A program made the translations under genes and the position numbers. A DNA stretch of 63,794 bases, counting the filler. It is 4 parts of 4 records of this genome, joined end to end, with 100 filler letters (N's around TTAATTAATTAA, not from the genome) between each part and the next. Parts side by side here need not be neighbours in the genome. Positions count along the whole stretch, not along the records: positions 44,008 to 57,862 come from DRR723986_7126; positions 57,963 to 63,794 come from DRR723986_7147; 2 more parts are not named here. The stretch is one strand, 5' to 3'. Shown piece after piece: positions 49,871 through 60,269 of the stretch; the first letter of the stretch is position 1, and the number at the start of each line of letters is the position of its first letter. The notes beneath the pieces were generated by a model that saw nothing but the letters and a program-made list of their open reading frames with translations, did not search any database and was not told the origin of the DNA.

Positions 49871-51256
49871 TCAGATTTCCTCGTCTGCGTCCTCATTGTC
49901 CATAAAGTTATCCGGCAATTTACCTTGGATCGGCATTCGCTCCAAATTCAAATCTGCGCTGCTGCAGGAATCGCCAATGGTCAAAACAGCCGTTGCGGAA
50001 GCCGGGGTCAGGATCTCCCCTTCCCGCCACAGGACCGGCGCGCAGTCAAAGGCGGCCTTGGGCCAGCCCGCCGGCCAGTCGATTTCCCGGGACGCTACAG
50101 GCGCGTTCATCAGCGGCCCCAGGCACAAGGGGGCATCACTTTCGCCAACAGAACGTGTGGGGACCCGGTAAAGGAAGCGGCCATCCCATGTGCCGGTTCC
50201 AGCAAGACCCGTGAGAATGCCCGGCGGCTCGCGCCCCGGCTCTTTCCACACTCTGATGACGCTTGCGTCTGCGTCGAAAACCGATCCTTGAAAGGTCTGA
50301 CGCTTCGCCTCACCGGACATCAGAACCCCGTCCAGAGCCTGAAGCCTGGCAAGTCTTGGTCGGGAATTCTTGCCCGAGACACGCGCCATCAGATAGACGA
50401 GCAGCCGGAGACGGAGTTCTTCCGGCTGCTCGCGGTAGGCTTCACGCTCCAGGCGCGCGGGTCCTGCCGGGTGCTCGGTGATCAGCCGAGCGACCAGGTC
50501 ATCGGCGGTCCGCTCCAGGGCTTCCCGCGCCCGGCGGATATTGGCAGCGGTCTGCGCAAGACGCTCTGCGCTCAATCCCTCCTCGGCCAACAGCGACAAG
50601 ATGGCGCGGAGCCGGCTGCGCTTGTATTTCGGGTTCCGGTTCGAAGGATCCGTGCACCAGGAACGGCCGCGCTCTTCAAGCGTTGCCTCGAGGTCGGATT
50701 TCGAAACACTCAGGAGCGGACGCAGCAGGCGCAGACCTTCCGGACCGCAGCCTTCGTCAGCCGCCATCCCGCTGAGGCCGGTAACGCCGCTCCCCCGGGT
50801 CAGACGGTCCAGAAAAGTTTCCGCCTGATCGTCAAGGTGATGACCAAGAACAAGCGCCTCCGCGCCGATGTCCCGCATACGCGCTGCCATCAACCGGTAA
50901 CGGGCAACGCGTGCCGCTTCCTGGAGGTTTGCAGCCGGTTTGGTGCCGGTCCAGCGCAACACCGTGCAGGCAAGGCCGCACGCGCGCGCACTCGTCGCAA
51001 CGAATTCCGCCTCCTGACCGCTTTCAGGCCGGAGTTGATGATCCACACACAGCACTTCGGCGGCACCCTGCCAGCCGGTGCGTTTGCGCCATTCATCGAA
51101 AAGGACAAGAAGACAAAGGGAATCCGAGCCGCCGGACACTGCCAGCGCCAGATTGGAAAAAGAGCTTAGCTTTGAAAAAAGAGCATCGACTCGATCGGCC
51201 GGGAGCCTCTCGGGCTCAACCGGCCCGTCAGGAGCACTGGGCACGACGGCGTTCAT
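49871..51256 (-). CDS. tilS: tRNA(Ile)-lysidine synthetase
   Basis: AVSGGSDS PP-loop, VDHQLR, ARYR, GHHLDDQAET, LRPLL, DPSN. Confidence 0.92.
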   Translation of the reverse strand: MNAVVPSAPDGPVEPERLPADRVDALFSKLSSFSNLALAVSGGSDSLCLLVLFDEWRKRTGWQGAAEVLCVDHQLRPESGQEAEFVATSARACGLACTVLRWTGTKPAANLQEAARVARYRLMAARMRDIGAEALVLGHHLDDQAETFLDRLTRGSGVTGLSGMAADEGCGPEGLRLLRPLLSVSKSDLEATLEERGRSWCTDPSNRNPKYKRSRLRAILSLLAEEGLSAERLAQTAANIRRAREALERTADDLVARLITEHPAGPARLEREAYREQPEELRLRLLVYLMARVSGKNSRPRLARLQALDGVLMSGEAKRQTFQGSVFDADASVIRVWKEPGREPPGILTGLAGTGTWDGRFLYRVPTRSVGESDAPLCLGPLMNAPVASREIDWPAGWPKAAFDCAPVLWREGEILTPASATAVLTIGDSCSSADLNLERMPIQGKLPDNFMDNEDADEEI

Positions 51257-52175
51257 CCCGCGCCTGGGACAAAACGGCTGGAGCGGCATTCGGATATTTG
51301 TTCAGCAGTTCGGAAAACGTTGCGCAGGCCGCATCCGCTTCGCCGAGACCACGCAGCGAGACACCCAGCTTGAGCAGGCTGTCGGGGCTCTTGGCGTTGC
51401 CGGGATGATCCGTATAGGTCTTCAGGAAGGCATCGGCTGCCTCGCGGTAGTTCTGCTGCGCCAGCAGGCTTTCGCCCAGCCAGTATTGAGCGTTCGCCGC
51501 CTGTGCATCGTCGGGATAGGTTTCCAGAAAATTCCGGAATCCGCGCTCGGCACCCGCGTAATCGCCATTGACCGCCAGGGAATAGGCCTGATTGTAGTCA
51601 GAGCTCGGGTCGCCGCTGCCGATGACGCTGGCAATCTGGTCATCGTCGGTGGCAAGACCGGGATCGGGCGCGATTTCCTGACCGGTGCCAGGCAGATTTT
51701 CAAGCCCGTTGGCCAGCCGCGAAAGGTCGATCGGACCGTCGCTCGGCAAACCGCTTTCATAGCCGCCGGACTGATCCCAGTTGCCGTCTCCAGATCCGTC
51801 CGTAGGAAGGGTCGCAAAACCTCCACCCGGCGCGATAAGGTTGCCCGACTGCGGAGTACCGTCCGGGCCTAGGCCCGGAGCGGTCGATCCTGGCGCGACA
51901 TCCGAGCGCTTGCCCGGGGTGCCGCCTTCCAGCTGCTGGAAGCGGTATTCATTGTCTTCCTGCATGCGGCGCATCTGATCCTGCAATTCCCGCATCTGAT
52001 AGGACAACTGTTCGATCTGACCGGTCAAAACCCGGATCCGTTCCTCAAGCTGACCGATCCTTACGCTGGAATCGTCATTCTTGCGTCCGAACAGCTGGGC
52101 TTGCGACGGTGTGGCAGTGGCGAAGGTGATGACCAACGCCATGATGAGACCTGCCAGTCCCTTTAGTTTCAGCAT
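51228..52175 (-). CDS. cpoB: Tol-Pal system protein CpoB/YbgF
   Basis: Signal peptide, coiled coil LTGQIEQL, TPR ANAQYWLGES...KSPDSLLKLG...AC...YP. The ORF track starts at 52256. Confidence 0.92.
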   Translation of the reverse strand: MLKLKGLAGLIMALVITFATATPSQAQLFGRKNDDSSVRIGQLEERIRVLTGQIEQLSYQMRELQDQMRRMQEDNEYRFQQLEGGTPGKRSDVAPGSTAPGLGPDGTPQSGNLIAPGGGFATLPTDGSGDGNWDQSGGYESGLPSDGPIDLSRLANGLENLPGTGQEIAPDPGLATDDDQIASVIGSGDPSSDYNQAYSLAVNGDYAGAERGFRNFLETYPDDAQAANAQYWLGESLLAQQNYREAADAFLKTYTDHPGNAKSPDSLLKLGVSLRGLGEADAACATFSELLNKYPNAAPAVLSQARDERRRAQCS

Positions 52176-52371
52176 TCGCTCCTCCGGTTGGATTTGCTGT
52201 ACCAGTGTCTGGCCGTGGTCCGACAAACGCCAATACTCAAGCAGATCCACGCGCATGATGTCTTACCATGCCCGGCTTCTTACTCAAGTGCACAGAGCGC
52301 TTCGACTTCGGCCAAATTTTGACGTTACCGGCTGACATTGAAGTGATTTCGTCATTTCCGGCCGGCCCAAC

Positions 52372-52403
52372 AAAAAAGGCCGGGCAAGCTGCCCGGCCTT
52401 TTT
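52372..52403 (-). terminator. Intrinsic terminator after pal
   Basis: AAAAAAGGCCGGGCA-AGC-TGCCCGGCCTTTTT. Confidence 0.75.
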
Positions 52404-52420
52404 GTTCGGCATTTGCCGGA

Positions 52421-52906
52421 TCAGTTGGTCGCGTTGTTCAGGACCGTCACCGCGCGGCGGTTCTGCGACCAGCAGCTGTTGTCGTTACAGACAGCAACAG
52501 GTCGTTCCTTGCCGTAGGAAATCGTCCGGACACGCGAGGCGTTCACGCCCTGAGCCACCAGATAGTCACGTGCGGACTGGGCACGGCGTGCTCCCAGCGC
52601 GATGTTGTACTGACGCGTGCCGCGTTCATCCGCATGCCCCTCGATCGTGATCGTGTACTGGGGATAGCGGTTCAGCCACTTGGCCTGATTGGCAAGGGTT
52701 GCCTGACCTTGCGATGTCACCACCGACTGGTCTTCTTCGAAGAACACGCGGTCACCCACGTTTACGACGAAGTCCTGGCCCGTGCCCGGCTTCACATTGC
52801 TCGACAGCCCGTCCGGTTTGTTCTGGGCACATGCTGCTGCGAACAGAACCACGAAGCAGACTGCAATCCAGCGCGCGCCCCGTCCGGCGTTTAAACTCTT
52901 GAACAT
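52421..52906 (-). CDS. pal: Peptidoglycan-associated lipoprotein
   Basis: Lipobox AAAC; VGDRVFF, EGHADERGTRQYNIALGARRA, SYGKERP, QNRRA. Confidence 0.96.
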   Translation of the reverse strand: MFKSLNAGRGARWIAVCFVVLFAAACAQNKPDGLSSNVKPGTGQDFVVNVGDRVFFEEDQSVVTSQGQATLANQAKWLNRYPQYTITIEGHADERGTRQYNIALGARRAQSARDYLVAQGVNASRVRTISYGKERPVAVCNDNSCWSQNRRAVTVLNNATN

Positions 52907-53057
52907 TCCTGTCTCCTACACCCCAGCCCGCCAACCTGACATTTCATCCGTCCGGTTCTTGGTAAACGCTTTCTAGCCAAAACCGGTAAAAAACGCCTTT
53001 TCAAACATGGTTAGCGAAAGCTTAACACGGCCTGCCTTCACAGGCCGCATGTCTCCA

Positions 53058-54413
53058 TCAGTCGATCAGCGGCGACCAGGAGGGATCCGACGCGAAGGCC
53101 GGGGTCTCCACCCGCTGTTCGTTGTATCCTGTCAAGTCCACGGTCCAGACCTGCGGCCCGCCATTGGCACCCGGCGTATCCCGGAAAAACACCAGCACAC
53201 GGCCGTTCGGCGACCAGGCCGGACCTTCGTTGTGATAGCCCTCGGTCAGAATACGCTCACCCTTTCCGTCAGGCCGCATGACGCCGATCATGAATCGGCC
53301 CTGGTGCTGCTTGGTAAAGGCAATCAGGTCTCCACGCGGCGACCATACCGGCGTGGAATACCGGCCAGGCCCGAAGGAAATACGCTGCGCACCGCCGCCG
53401 CCTGCGCTCATCACATAAAGTTGTTGTGTGCCGCCGCGGTCGGATTCGAACACGATCTGGCGTCCGTCCGGTGAGAACGACGGGCTCGTGTCGATGGCCG
53501 CGTCGTTCGTCAGACGCGTCGTCTGGCGAGAGCGCAGGTCCATCTTGAAGATGTTGGCATTGCCACCCTGCTGCAGGCTCATCACCACGCTCTGGCCATC
53601 GGGCGAAAACCGCGGGGCAAAGGTCATGCCCGGAAAGTTGCCGACGATTTCGCGCTGACCCGTTTCAATATTCAGAAGATAGACACTCGGATCGGCACCG
53701 CCGTAGGACATGTAGGTGACTTCCTGGCTCGTCGGCGAGAACCGCGGTGTCAGCACCAGATCGTCGCCGCGAGTCAGGTAACGCACGTTTGCGCCGTCCT
53801 GATCCATGATCGCCAGGCGCTTGACGCGCTTGTCCTTCGGGCCGGTTTCATCGACATAGACGATGCGGGTGTCGAAGTAGCCCTTTTCACCGGTCAGCCG
53901 CTCATAGATCGCGTCAGCGATGATATGCGCCAGACGCCGCCAGTTTTCAGGTGTCGTGTAGAACTGCTGGCCGAGCATCTGCTCTGACGCGAAAACGTCC
54001 CACAGACGAAACTCCGCCCGCAGACGCCCGTCCGGCTGCTTGATCACCGTACCGGTGACAAGCGCCTGGGCACTGATCTGGCGCCAGTCGCCGAAACGCG
54101 GCGTGGAATTCACGCTCATGTTCTTCTGAATGAAGCTGGCCGGGTCAAGCGGCCGGAACAGGCCGGATCGTTTCAGGTCGGCGGCAATGACGTTGGTCAT
54201 GTCCGCGGCCAGCTTGCCGTCTCCGCCTTCGGCGGAAAACGACGGCAGTGCGATCGGCAAGGGCTCGATGTTGCCCTGGGTAATATCGATTTCGACAAGC
54301 GCTGCCGCCGGCAGCGGAGCAATCACCACAAAAGAAGCGAGAACAAATGCGAGCCCTCTGGCTTTCCGGCTTGTGAAAACAGAAAGTTTTTTCAGTATTC
54401 CGCGCATGAGCAC
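53058..54413 (-). CDS. tolB: Tol-Pal beta-propeller protein TolB
   Basis: [32 protein letters not shown]40 repeats ([19 protein letters not shown]). Confidence 0.96.
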   Translation of the reverse strand: MLMRGILKKLSVFTSRKARGLAFVLASFVVIAPLPAAALVEIDITQGNIEPLPIALPSFSAEGGDGKLAADMTNVIAADLKRSGLFRPLDPASFIQKNMSVNSTPRFGDWRQISAQALVTGTVIKQPDGRLRAEFRLWDVFASEQMLGQQFYTTPENWRRLAHIIADAIYERLTGEKGYFDTRIVYVDETGPKDKRVKRLAIMDQDGANVRYLTRGDDLVLTPRFSPTSQEVTYMSYGGADPSVYLLNIETGQREIVGNFPGMTFAPRFSPDGQSVVMSLQQGGNANIFKMDLRSRQTTRLTNDAAIDTSPSFSPDGRQIVFESDRGGTQQLYVMSAGGGGAQRISFGPGRYSTPVWSPRGDLIAFTKQHQGRFMIGVMRPDGKGERILTEGYHNEGPAWSPNGRVLVFFRDTPGANGGPQVWTVDLTGYNEQRVETPAFASDPSWSPLID

Positions 54414-54452
54414 AACAGCTCCCTTATGGACGTTTGAACTGGCCGGGCCAGT

Positions 54453-55403
54453 CTATCCCCCGAGCATCTCTCTGGGGTCGAAATTGATGATGACTTCCTG
54501 CCAAGCTTCATACTTGGAAATTGGCAGATTGTATGGCTGGCAGCGCATGATCGCGCGCACGGCACTGCTTGAGGCTGCTCCGAACGCCGGATTGCCGCTG
54601 GAATTCATGACTTCCGGCTGGCCAGAAACCTGACCGTCCTGGGAAAGATTGAAACGGACACGAACCTTCAGGTCTTCCGCACCGACGGCACCCACCGGCG
54701 GGTTCCAGCATTGCGCCACCATTCCGCGCAGCGCATCCAGCTCGGATTGGCTCATACGCACGTTCTGCTCCCCGCGCCGGGAACCGAGAGAGGCCGGGTT
54801 CTGGCTGGTTTCACCGGTCTGTTTGGCCGGTTCGACCTTGTTCAGAAGCGCAGCGATATCGGTGCTGTCGGAATTATCCTTCGGCGGCTCGGGCGCATTC
54901 CTCGGCGGCGTCGGCTTGGAGCGCGGCGAAACCTTGGTCACGATCGGCTGGGGCGCAGGCGCGGCCTCCTGCTGCGGCACAGGCTCCGGCGCGGGGGCAG
55001 GATCCGGTGCAGGAGCAGGTTCGGCCACCGGCGCTGGTTCGGGCGCAGGCGCCGGAGCCGGCTCCGGATCCGCAACGGGCGTTGGCTCCGGAGCCGGAGG
55101 AGGCGTCGGAGACGGCGAAGGTGTCGGCTGCGTCGGCTGCTCAACCTTGCTTTCGCCCGGCTTGTCGGCCGGTTTCGGAGGTTCTTCGGCCGGGGTTTCG
55201 CTTGGGTTCACCGCCGCGACATCCCGGACTTCGGCGGTCTTTTCGCCGACCCGAAGCCTGGTGATTTCCTCGATGGGCACCAGTTCGACAGGCAGAGAAT
55301 CCACCTGCGGAACCGCAAAGCTCTCAGCGTCCGGAAAGGCGATCAAGCCCCAGAGCAGGAAAGCCGAGTGACCGGCCAGAGACGCGATGAGACCTGCGCG
55401 CAT
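54453..55403 (-). CDS. tolA: TolA
   Basis: N-terminal TM with SxxxH (SLAGH), Pro/Ala-rich linker, C-terminal CWNPP...AVRAIMRCQPY..LP..KY..W...NFDP. Confidence 0.88.
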   Translation of the reverse strand: MRAGLIASLAGHSAFLLWGLIAFPDAESFAVPQVDSLPVELVPIEEITRLRVGEKTAEVRDVAAVNPSETPAEEPPKPADKPGESKVEQPTQPTPSPSPTPPPAPEPTPVADPEPAPAPAPEPAPVAEPAPAPDPAPAPEPVPQQEAAPAPQPIVTKVSPRSKPTPPRNAPEPPKDNSDSTDIAALLNKVEPAKQTGETSQNPASLGSRRGEQNVRMSQSELDALRGMVAQCWNPPVGAVGAEDLKVRVRFNLSQDGQVSGQPEVMNSSGNPAFGAASSSAVRAIMRCQPYNLPISKYEAWQEVIINFDPREMLGG

Positions 55404-55409
55404 GACGCG

Positions 55410-55862
55410 TTACGAGTCCCGTTCTTCCAGAGTGACAAGACCGAGGCGTTTAAACCCGGCCGCGCTGATGCGGCCCATCAGCTTCATCATGGTGCCGTAG
55501 TCGGCATCCTGATCGCCGCGCACGTAGATACGTTCCTCGTAACCATTGGCGGCAATGGCCTCGAGCTTTGGCACGATCTCCTCGATCGTGATCGGGGTGT
55601 CCTGGATGAAGATTTCACCAGCCGCGTTCACCGAGATGGTTATCGGCTCGGTATCGCCTTCCAGGGCCTTGGCGCTGGTCTCCGGCAGATCGATCGGCAC
55701 ACCGACCGTCAAGAGCGGAGCAGCCACCATGAAGATGATCAGGAGCACCAGCATCACGTCGACCATCGGCGTGACGTTGATTTCGCTCATGGGTGCATGG
55801 CGACGCCTGCGCCGCCCGCGCCGTCCGCTTCCTGCCTGACCTGAACCGACCTGCATGGCCAT
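55410..55862 (-). CDS. tolR: TolR
   Basis: SEINVTPMVDVMLVLLIIFMVAAPLL. Confidence 0.95.
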   Translation of the reverse strand: MAMQVGSGQAGSGRRGRRRRRHAPMSEINVTPMVDVMLVLLIIFMVAAPLLTVGVPIDLPETSAKALEGDTEPITISVNAAGEIFIQDTPITIEEIVPKLEAIAANGYEERIYVRGDQDADYGTMMKLMGRISAAGFKRLGLVTLEERDS

Positions 55863-55865
55863 GGA

Positions 55866-56570
55866 TCAGCCCCTCTCGTCGATCTGACGGGACAGGATGG
55901 CGGAGAACTCGTCCGCAAAGCCTTCCATGCGCGAAACCGCCTTGCCGACGTCGGCCGAAAACTTGTTGTAGGCGATAACAGCCGGAATGGCGGCCAGTAG
56001 ACCAAGCGCGGTCGCAAACAGCGCTTCGGCAATACCGGGCGCTACGACGGCAAGGTTGGTGCTTTCCGATGCCGCGATCGCCTGGAACGCCGTCATGATG
56101 CCCCAGACCGTTCCGAACAGACCGATGAACGGTGCCGCGGAGCCAACGGTTGCGAGGATCAGCAGCCGGCTTTCAAGCCGCTCGGCTTCTCGCTGGATGG
56201 TGACATCCATCACCCTGTCGATACGCTGCTGCAGGCTGCCGATGGCAGGCCGAGCGCCCTCGTGGCTGCGCTTCCATTCACGCATGGCCGCGACGAACAG
56301 TGCCGCCATCGAATGGTTCACACGATTGTGAAGCGTATTATAGAGTTCTTCGAGAGACTGACCGGACCAGAACACCGTTTCGAACCGGCTCATCTGGCGC
56401 CGTGTCCGGCCGACCAGCATGATCTTGTCGACGATGATCGCCCAGCACCACACCGAAGCGCCCAAAAGGCCGAGCATTACGACCTTGACGACGATATGCG
56501 CCTGCCAGAACAGCGCAAAAAACGAAATGCCGCTCTCTGGCGCCAATGTCGATTGGACAAGTGTTTCCAT
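55866..56570 (-). CDS. tolQ: TolQ
   Basis: LATVGSAAPFIGLFGTVWGIM, VVAPGIAEALFATALGLLAAIPAVIAYN. Confidence 0.96.
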   Translation of the reverse strand: METLVQSTLAPESGISFFALFWQAHIVVKVVMLGLLGASVWCWAIIVDKIMLVGRTRRQMSRFETVFWSGQSLEELYNTLHNRVNHSMAALFVAAMREWKRSHEGARPAIGSLQQRIDRVMDVTIQREAERLESRLLILATVGSAAPFIGLFGTVWGIMTAFQAIAASESTNLAVVAPGIAEALFATALGLLAAIPAVIAYNKFSADVGKAVSRMEGFADEFSAILSRQIDERG

Positions 56571-56835
56571 AAATTCAATGACCCCTTGGCCGTCTGACGC
56601 TGTTTTGCATTCAAGGTTTCGAAAACGACAGCGAGGAACCGGAATCAGCCGGCCGGCTCTTGTAACCTGCCGCCTCTCTGACGTTTGATTTTGTCAAAAC
56701 TGGGACTTTTCCAATCAAAGAAAGTCCCTCTCTAAAGGAATCAATTAAGGTTACTGCAAGATTAACGCAGTAATGGGTTTTGAAAGTATTTTACCGCCGC
56801 CAAGCAGCTTGCCTGCTCATTCAGAGCCAAACCCT

Positions 56836-57303
56836 TCAACCGTCGGTGTTTTCTCCAGGTGCATGCTGCACGAGTTTTTCCGAAAGGACCTGCGGCAGTC
56901 GGGTCGGACGTCCCTGCGAGGTGATGATCGCAACGGTGACGGCAGCCGAAATCAGCAACTCTTCGCCGCGGTAAATCAGCTGATCGAGCCGGATTCGGGC
57001 GCCTTTGTACTCCGCAAGGCTGGTATGAACTTCCAGCACATCGTCAATCCTGGCCGGTTTCTGGAAGTCCAGCGTCATTGTCTTGACTGCGAAGGCCAGC
57101 GAAGCACCGTGGGTACCTTCGGCCATCTCACGATGGTGAATTCCGATGAGACGGAGGAAATCCGACCTGGCGCGCTCGAAGAAGCGCACATAGGCACCGT
57201 GATAAACGATGCCTGTGAAATCCGTGTCCTCGTAGTAGACGCGAACAGGAAGCACATGACCGCCATCTTCCAGGCGGCCGGCGAGATCCGGCCAGTCCGA
57301 CAC
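56836..57303 (-). CDS. ybgC: Tol-pal-associated acyl-CoA thioesterase
   Basis: VRVYYEDTDFTGIVYH..Y.RFFERAR; PARIDD; upstream of tolQ. Confidence 0.92.
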   Translation of the reverse strand: MSDWPDLAGRLEDGGHVLPVRVYYEDTDFTGIVYHGAYVRFFERARSDFLRLIGIHHREMAEGTHGASLAFAVKTMTLDFQKPARIDDVLEVHTSLAEYKGARIRLDQLIYRGEELLISAAVTVAIITSQGRPTRLPQVLSEKLVQHAPGENTDG

Positions 57304-57387
57304 GCTTTGTCCCTCGAAAGCTGAATGAAAAAGCCCCCCGGTCGACCGACCGGGAGGCTCGTACCTGGCCCTTACGTAGGCCGTATC

Positions 57388-57862
57388 TTATGCAGCGGCA
57401 ACCTCGGAGAGGAATTTCTCGACGGACGCACGAAGCTGTTCCGCCTGCTGTTTCATCTCGATCGTCGCGTTCAGCATGTCGCCAACCGCTTCCGAGTTTT
57501 CGGCAACGCCTTCGTTCAGCGACGCCACAGTCTCCGCAACGCTGCGGGTACCTTCCGCGGCTTCTGCAACGTTTCTGGAAATCTCACCGGTGGCAGCGCC
57601 CTGCTGCTGCACGGCGTCCGAAATCGTGGTGGTGTAGGAGTTGACCTCCTCGACCGATTCCGACACCCGGGCAATCTCTTCCACCGCTTCGGTGGTGGAG
57701 GCCTGGATAGCCGCGATCTGCGCGGAGATTTCTTCCGTTGCCTTGGCAGTCTGGCCGGCGAGCGACTTGACCTCGGAGGCAACGACCGCAAAGCCCTTGC
57801 CGGCATCGCCCGCACGCGCAGCTTCGATCGTCGCGTTCAGCGCCAGCAGGTTGGTCTGTTCG
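57388..57862 (-). CDS. Methyl-accepting chemotaxis protein, 3' fragment
   Basis: [38 protein letters not shown]...[13 protein letters not shown]; cut by the linker. Confidence 0.9.
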
Positions 57863-57962
57863 NNNNNNNNNNNNNNNNNNNNNNNNNNNNNNNNNNNNNN
57901 NNNNNNTTAATTAATTAANNNNNNNNNNNNNNNNNNNNNNNNNNNNNNNNNNNNNNNNNNNN
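57863..57962. other. Artificial contig linker
   Basis: Ns flanking TTAATTAATTAA. Confidence 0.98.
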
Positions 57963-58001
57963 GAGACCGTCTCCAGGGTTCGAATCCCTGTCTGTCCGCC
58001 A
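57963..58001 (+). tRNA. 3' part of a tRNA, probably tRNA-Ser (long variable arm); likely island attachment site
   Basis: GAGACCGTCTC-CAGGG-TTCGAAT-CCCTG-TCTGTCC-G-CCA: T-arm, G discriminator and encoded CCA. The anticodon is not visible. Confidence 0.75.
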
Positions 58002-59385
58002 CTTGGGAACAAAAGCGGGAACTGGTGAGGTGACCGCGTCACCGCTCAAGATGGCCCGTTCCAATAGCGATTTGCGCCCCACTATCGTGATTTGATCAAC
58101 ACCCACTCTGATTTCATCGATGATCGCCCGAAGGAAACCCCGCTTTCCGGCAACTGACGGTTGCGCCAACGCCTCCTGCATACCGGAAACAAATGCTGAT
58201 ACCTTCTGGTGACTTACGCGAGCATCTGGAGTGAGTTCAGTCTCGACCTGATCTCGTTCTCTTTGAGCTCGCTGGTGATGTTCCTTCGCCGTCAGGAAAC
58301 GTTGTTTGAAGTCTTCTTCAGGAAGATCAACCAGCCCGTGCCGGATCATGTCGTACATGGCGTCGAGGTCTTTCTTGGCAGCCTGTACTTCGCCATCACG
58401 GGCAACCAGCCGCTCCGCTTGATCCTCCTTGGCCTTCTCCTGGCGGGTGCGCAAAGGGTCAAGCAACGCATTCATTTCTTCGGAGGTAATAAGACATTCT
58501 CGCACATGCTGAAGTACCAGTTTGTCGAGCGCCCCCATTGGGACTCGGTGACCTCGTGCCAGTACGCATTTCACTGGAGCAGGATTAGTAACGATACCTA
58601 CCACTTTTTGCGGTTTGAGTGGTCATTCCATTCCCGCAATGAGGACAAGTAACAAGTCCCGTCAATAAGACATCGCCTGTTACGATCCTCGGAGGTGTCC
58701 TCTTCGGATTTTTTGCATCAAGGAAATCACGCAGCCGCGGGAACTCGTCTGCAGAAACGATGGCTGGGACCTGCAGCGGAATCTCGACACCCTCGTTTTC
58801 ACCACTTCGAAATGTGAACTTGCCCGTGTAGGTTCGATCAGTGAGATGGCGGTGAATACCGCTCACTCTCCATTTTTTGCCCCTTCTGGTACGATATCCT
58901 CTTTCATTCAGCCAACAGACGATTGCCTTGATGCCCATAGGGCCGGAAGCCCGGTCTCCTTTGAGGGCAAGATCGAACATAAGTCGCACCACTGTTGCAT
59001 CATGCTCGTCAATCGTCAGACTTTTCTTCCGGGTTTTGCCGCGCCGTTCGATTTCCACGAGTTTGTATCCGAACGGTGTGACACCACCGTTCCAGAATCC
59101 TTGCAGGGCATTTTCGTGGAGGCTGCGCCTGACAGGTTTTGCCGTCTTGAGTGATTGGTATTCATCGACCATGGCCTAAAATCCCGGCCGCTTGTCGGTG
59201 GTGCCGCTCTTGGCGTCTTTAAACTCTTCAACGATGTTATACGCGTTATGTTTGCAATGTGCCCTGAGCTGCTTGCGCTGATCCGGAATGGACAGGTCCT
59301 TCTGGGCCTGCTTGCCTGTCGAAACTCACAGATAAATGACGGCGCGGCTGCCTGATGGGGCGGCAAATTGATTTTGCACGGCAAA
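57963..59385 (-). pseudogene. Large serine recombinase (integrase) pseudogene
   Basis: RAVIYL*VSTGKQ (TGA 59326-59328), KRPGF*AM (TAG 59176-59178), deleted mid-catalytic domain, GFWNGG.TPFGY, Y.G, LLTGLVTCPHCG..M, YRY* then a frameshift, coiled coil, ending VPKWRTDRDSNP antisense to the tRNA. Confidence 0.85.
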
Positions 59386-59421
59386 ACCTTTCGATGAAAT
59401 CGCAGTCGAGGCGAAGAATGT

Positions 59422-59988
59422 GTGCGGGATATCTACGACCTACTATATGTTGGCCTTGCCAAGGTCGGAGACAGTTTTGATAGACTTATCAAAAATGGGC
59501 ACAAGGCCCGAATGGAAATTCTCAGCAACGAGCCGCAGAGATATCCTGGCGCGCGTGTGTCAGGTGAAATTTATCTGTTTCTATTTAGCGTTCAGCCACT
59601 CATTATGACCACATTTGACCCCGAGCATGACTTTGAAAACGAAAAATTTTTTGAAGCGTATGATCAGAAACGCACTGTTGCTGACGCGGAGAAGGCATTC
59701 GTTAGCCTGCTAAAGCCCGAATACAATGTTATCAAGTTTGCCAAGTATCCCAAGGGCGCTGATGGGCTCTACGGTTCAGATTACGCTCGTTATGGCTATG
59801 CAATCTGCGAAAGCCTGTCTTTTAGTACTGTTTACGGAACAATCAAAGGCAGCCGAGATGTCGACACAGGATTTATCACAAACGATGCCGACAGCATTTT
59901 CCTGGAAGGGGAGGCTGTAAAGCTATTTGTCTCTGGTGCCGATTATCTAGGTGAGCCGCCTTGGACGGGTCCGGACATGGATCCATAA
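59422..59988 (+). CDS. GIY-YIG-like nuclease domain protein, probably 5'-truncated island cargo
   Basis: LLYVGLA...DRL...H...DAEKAFVSLLKPEYN resembles GIY-YIG motifs; weak start, directly adjoining the recombinase. Confidence 0.5.
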   Translation: MRDIYDLLYVGLAKVGDSFDRLIKNGHKARMEILSNEPQRYPGARVSGEIYLFLFSVQPLIMTTFDPEHDFENEKFFEAYDQKRTVADAEKAFVSLLKPEYNVIKFAKYPKGADGLYGSDYARYGYAICESLSFSTVYGTIKGSRDVDTGFITNDADSIFLEGEAVKLFVSGADYLGEPPWTGPDMDP

Positions 59989-60269
59989 AGGAAAAAGCGA
60001 GATAGAAACGGGAAAGGCAATGATTTTCTATGGTTCTAGAGGCGTTGTTTGGGGGCGCAAATCCGTGCACTCGGACTGAGCCAGCAGGTGTTTGATTGTG
60101 CGATTTAACCAAATCTATTTCTTCCCGTTTGAACGCCCATGAACCACATAAAGCCAGGCCTTGTCGACGGCGTTAACAGCCTGCTTTCGGCTCACTCCAA
60201 TCTTTTCTCGTGCAATCCCAATGATCTCCTTTCTGGGAAAGGTGTTTTCGCCGACCACCGGATCAGTGG

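Noticed and set aside
54950-55210. Short imperfect GC-rich tandem repeats
   Set aside because: They encode the Pro/Ala/Glu linker of TolA; no constant repeat-spacer structure, so not CRISPR.
57388-57862. Similarity between this MCP fragment and the MCP at 28983-30494
   Set aside because: Ordinary conservation of the MCP signalling domain between paralogs, not a duplication or misassembly.
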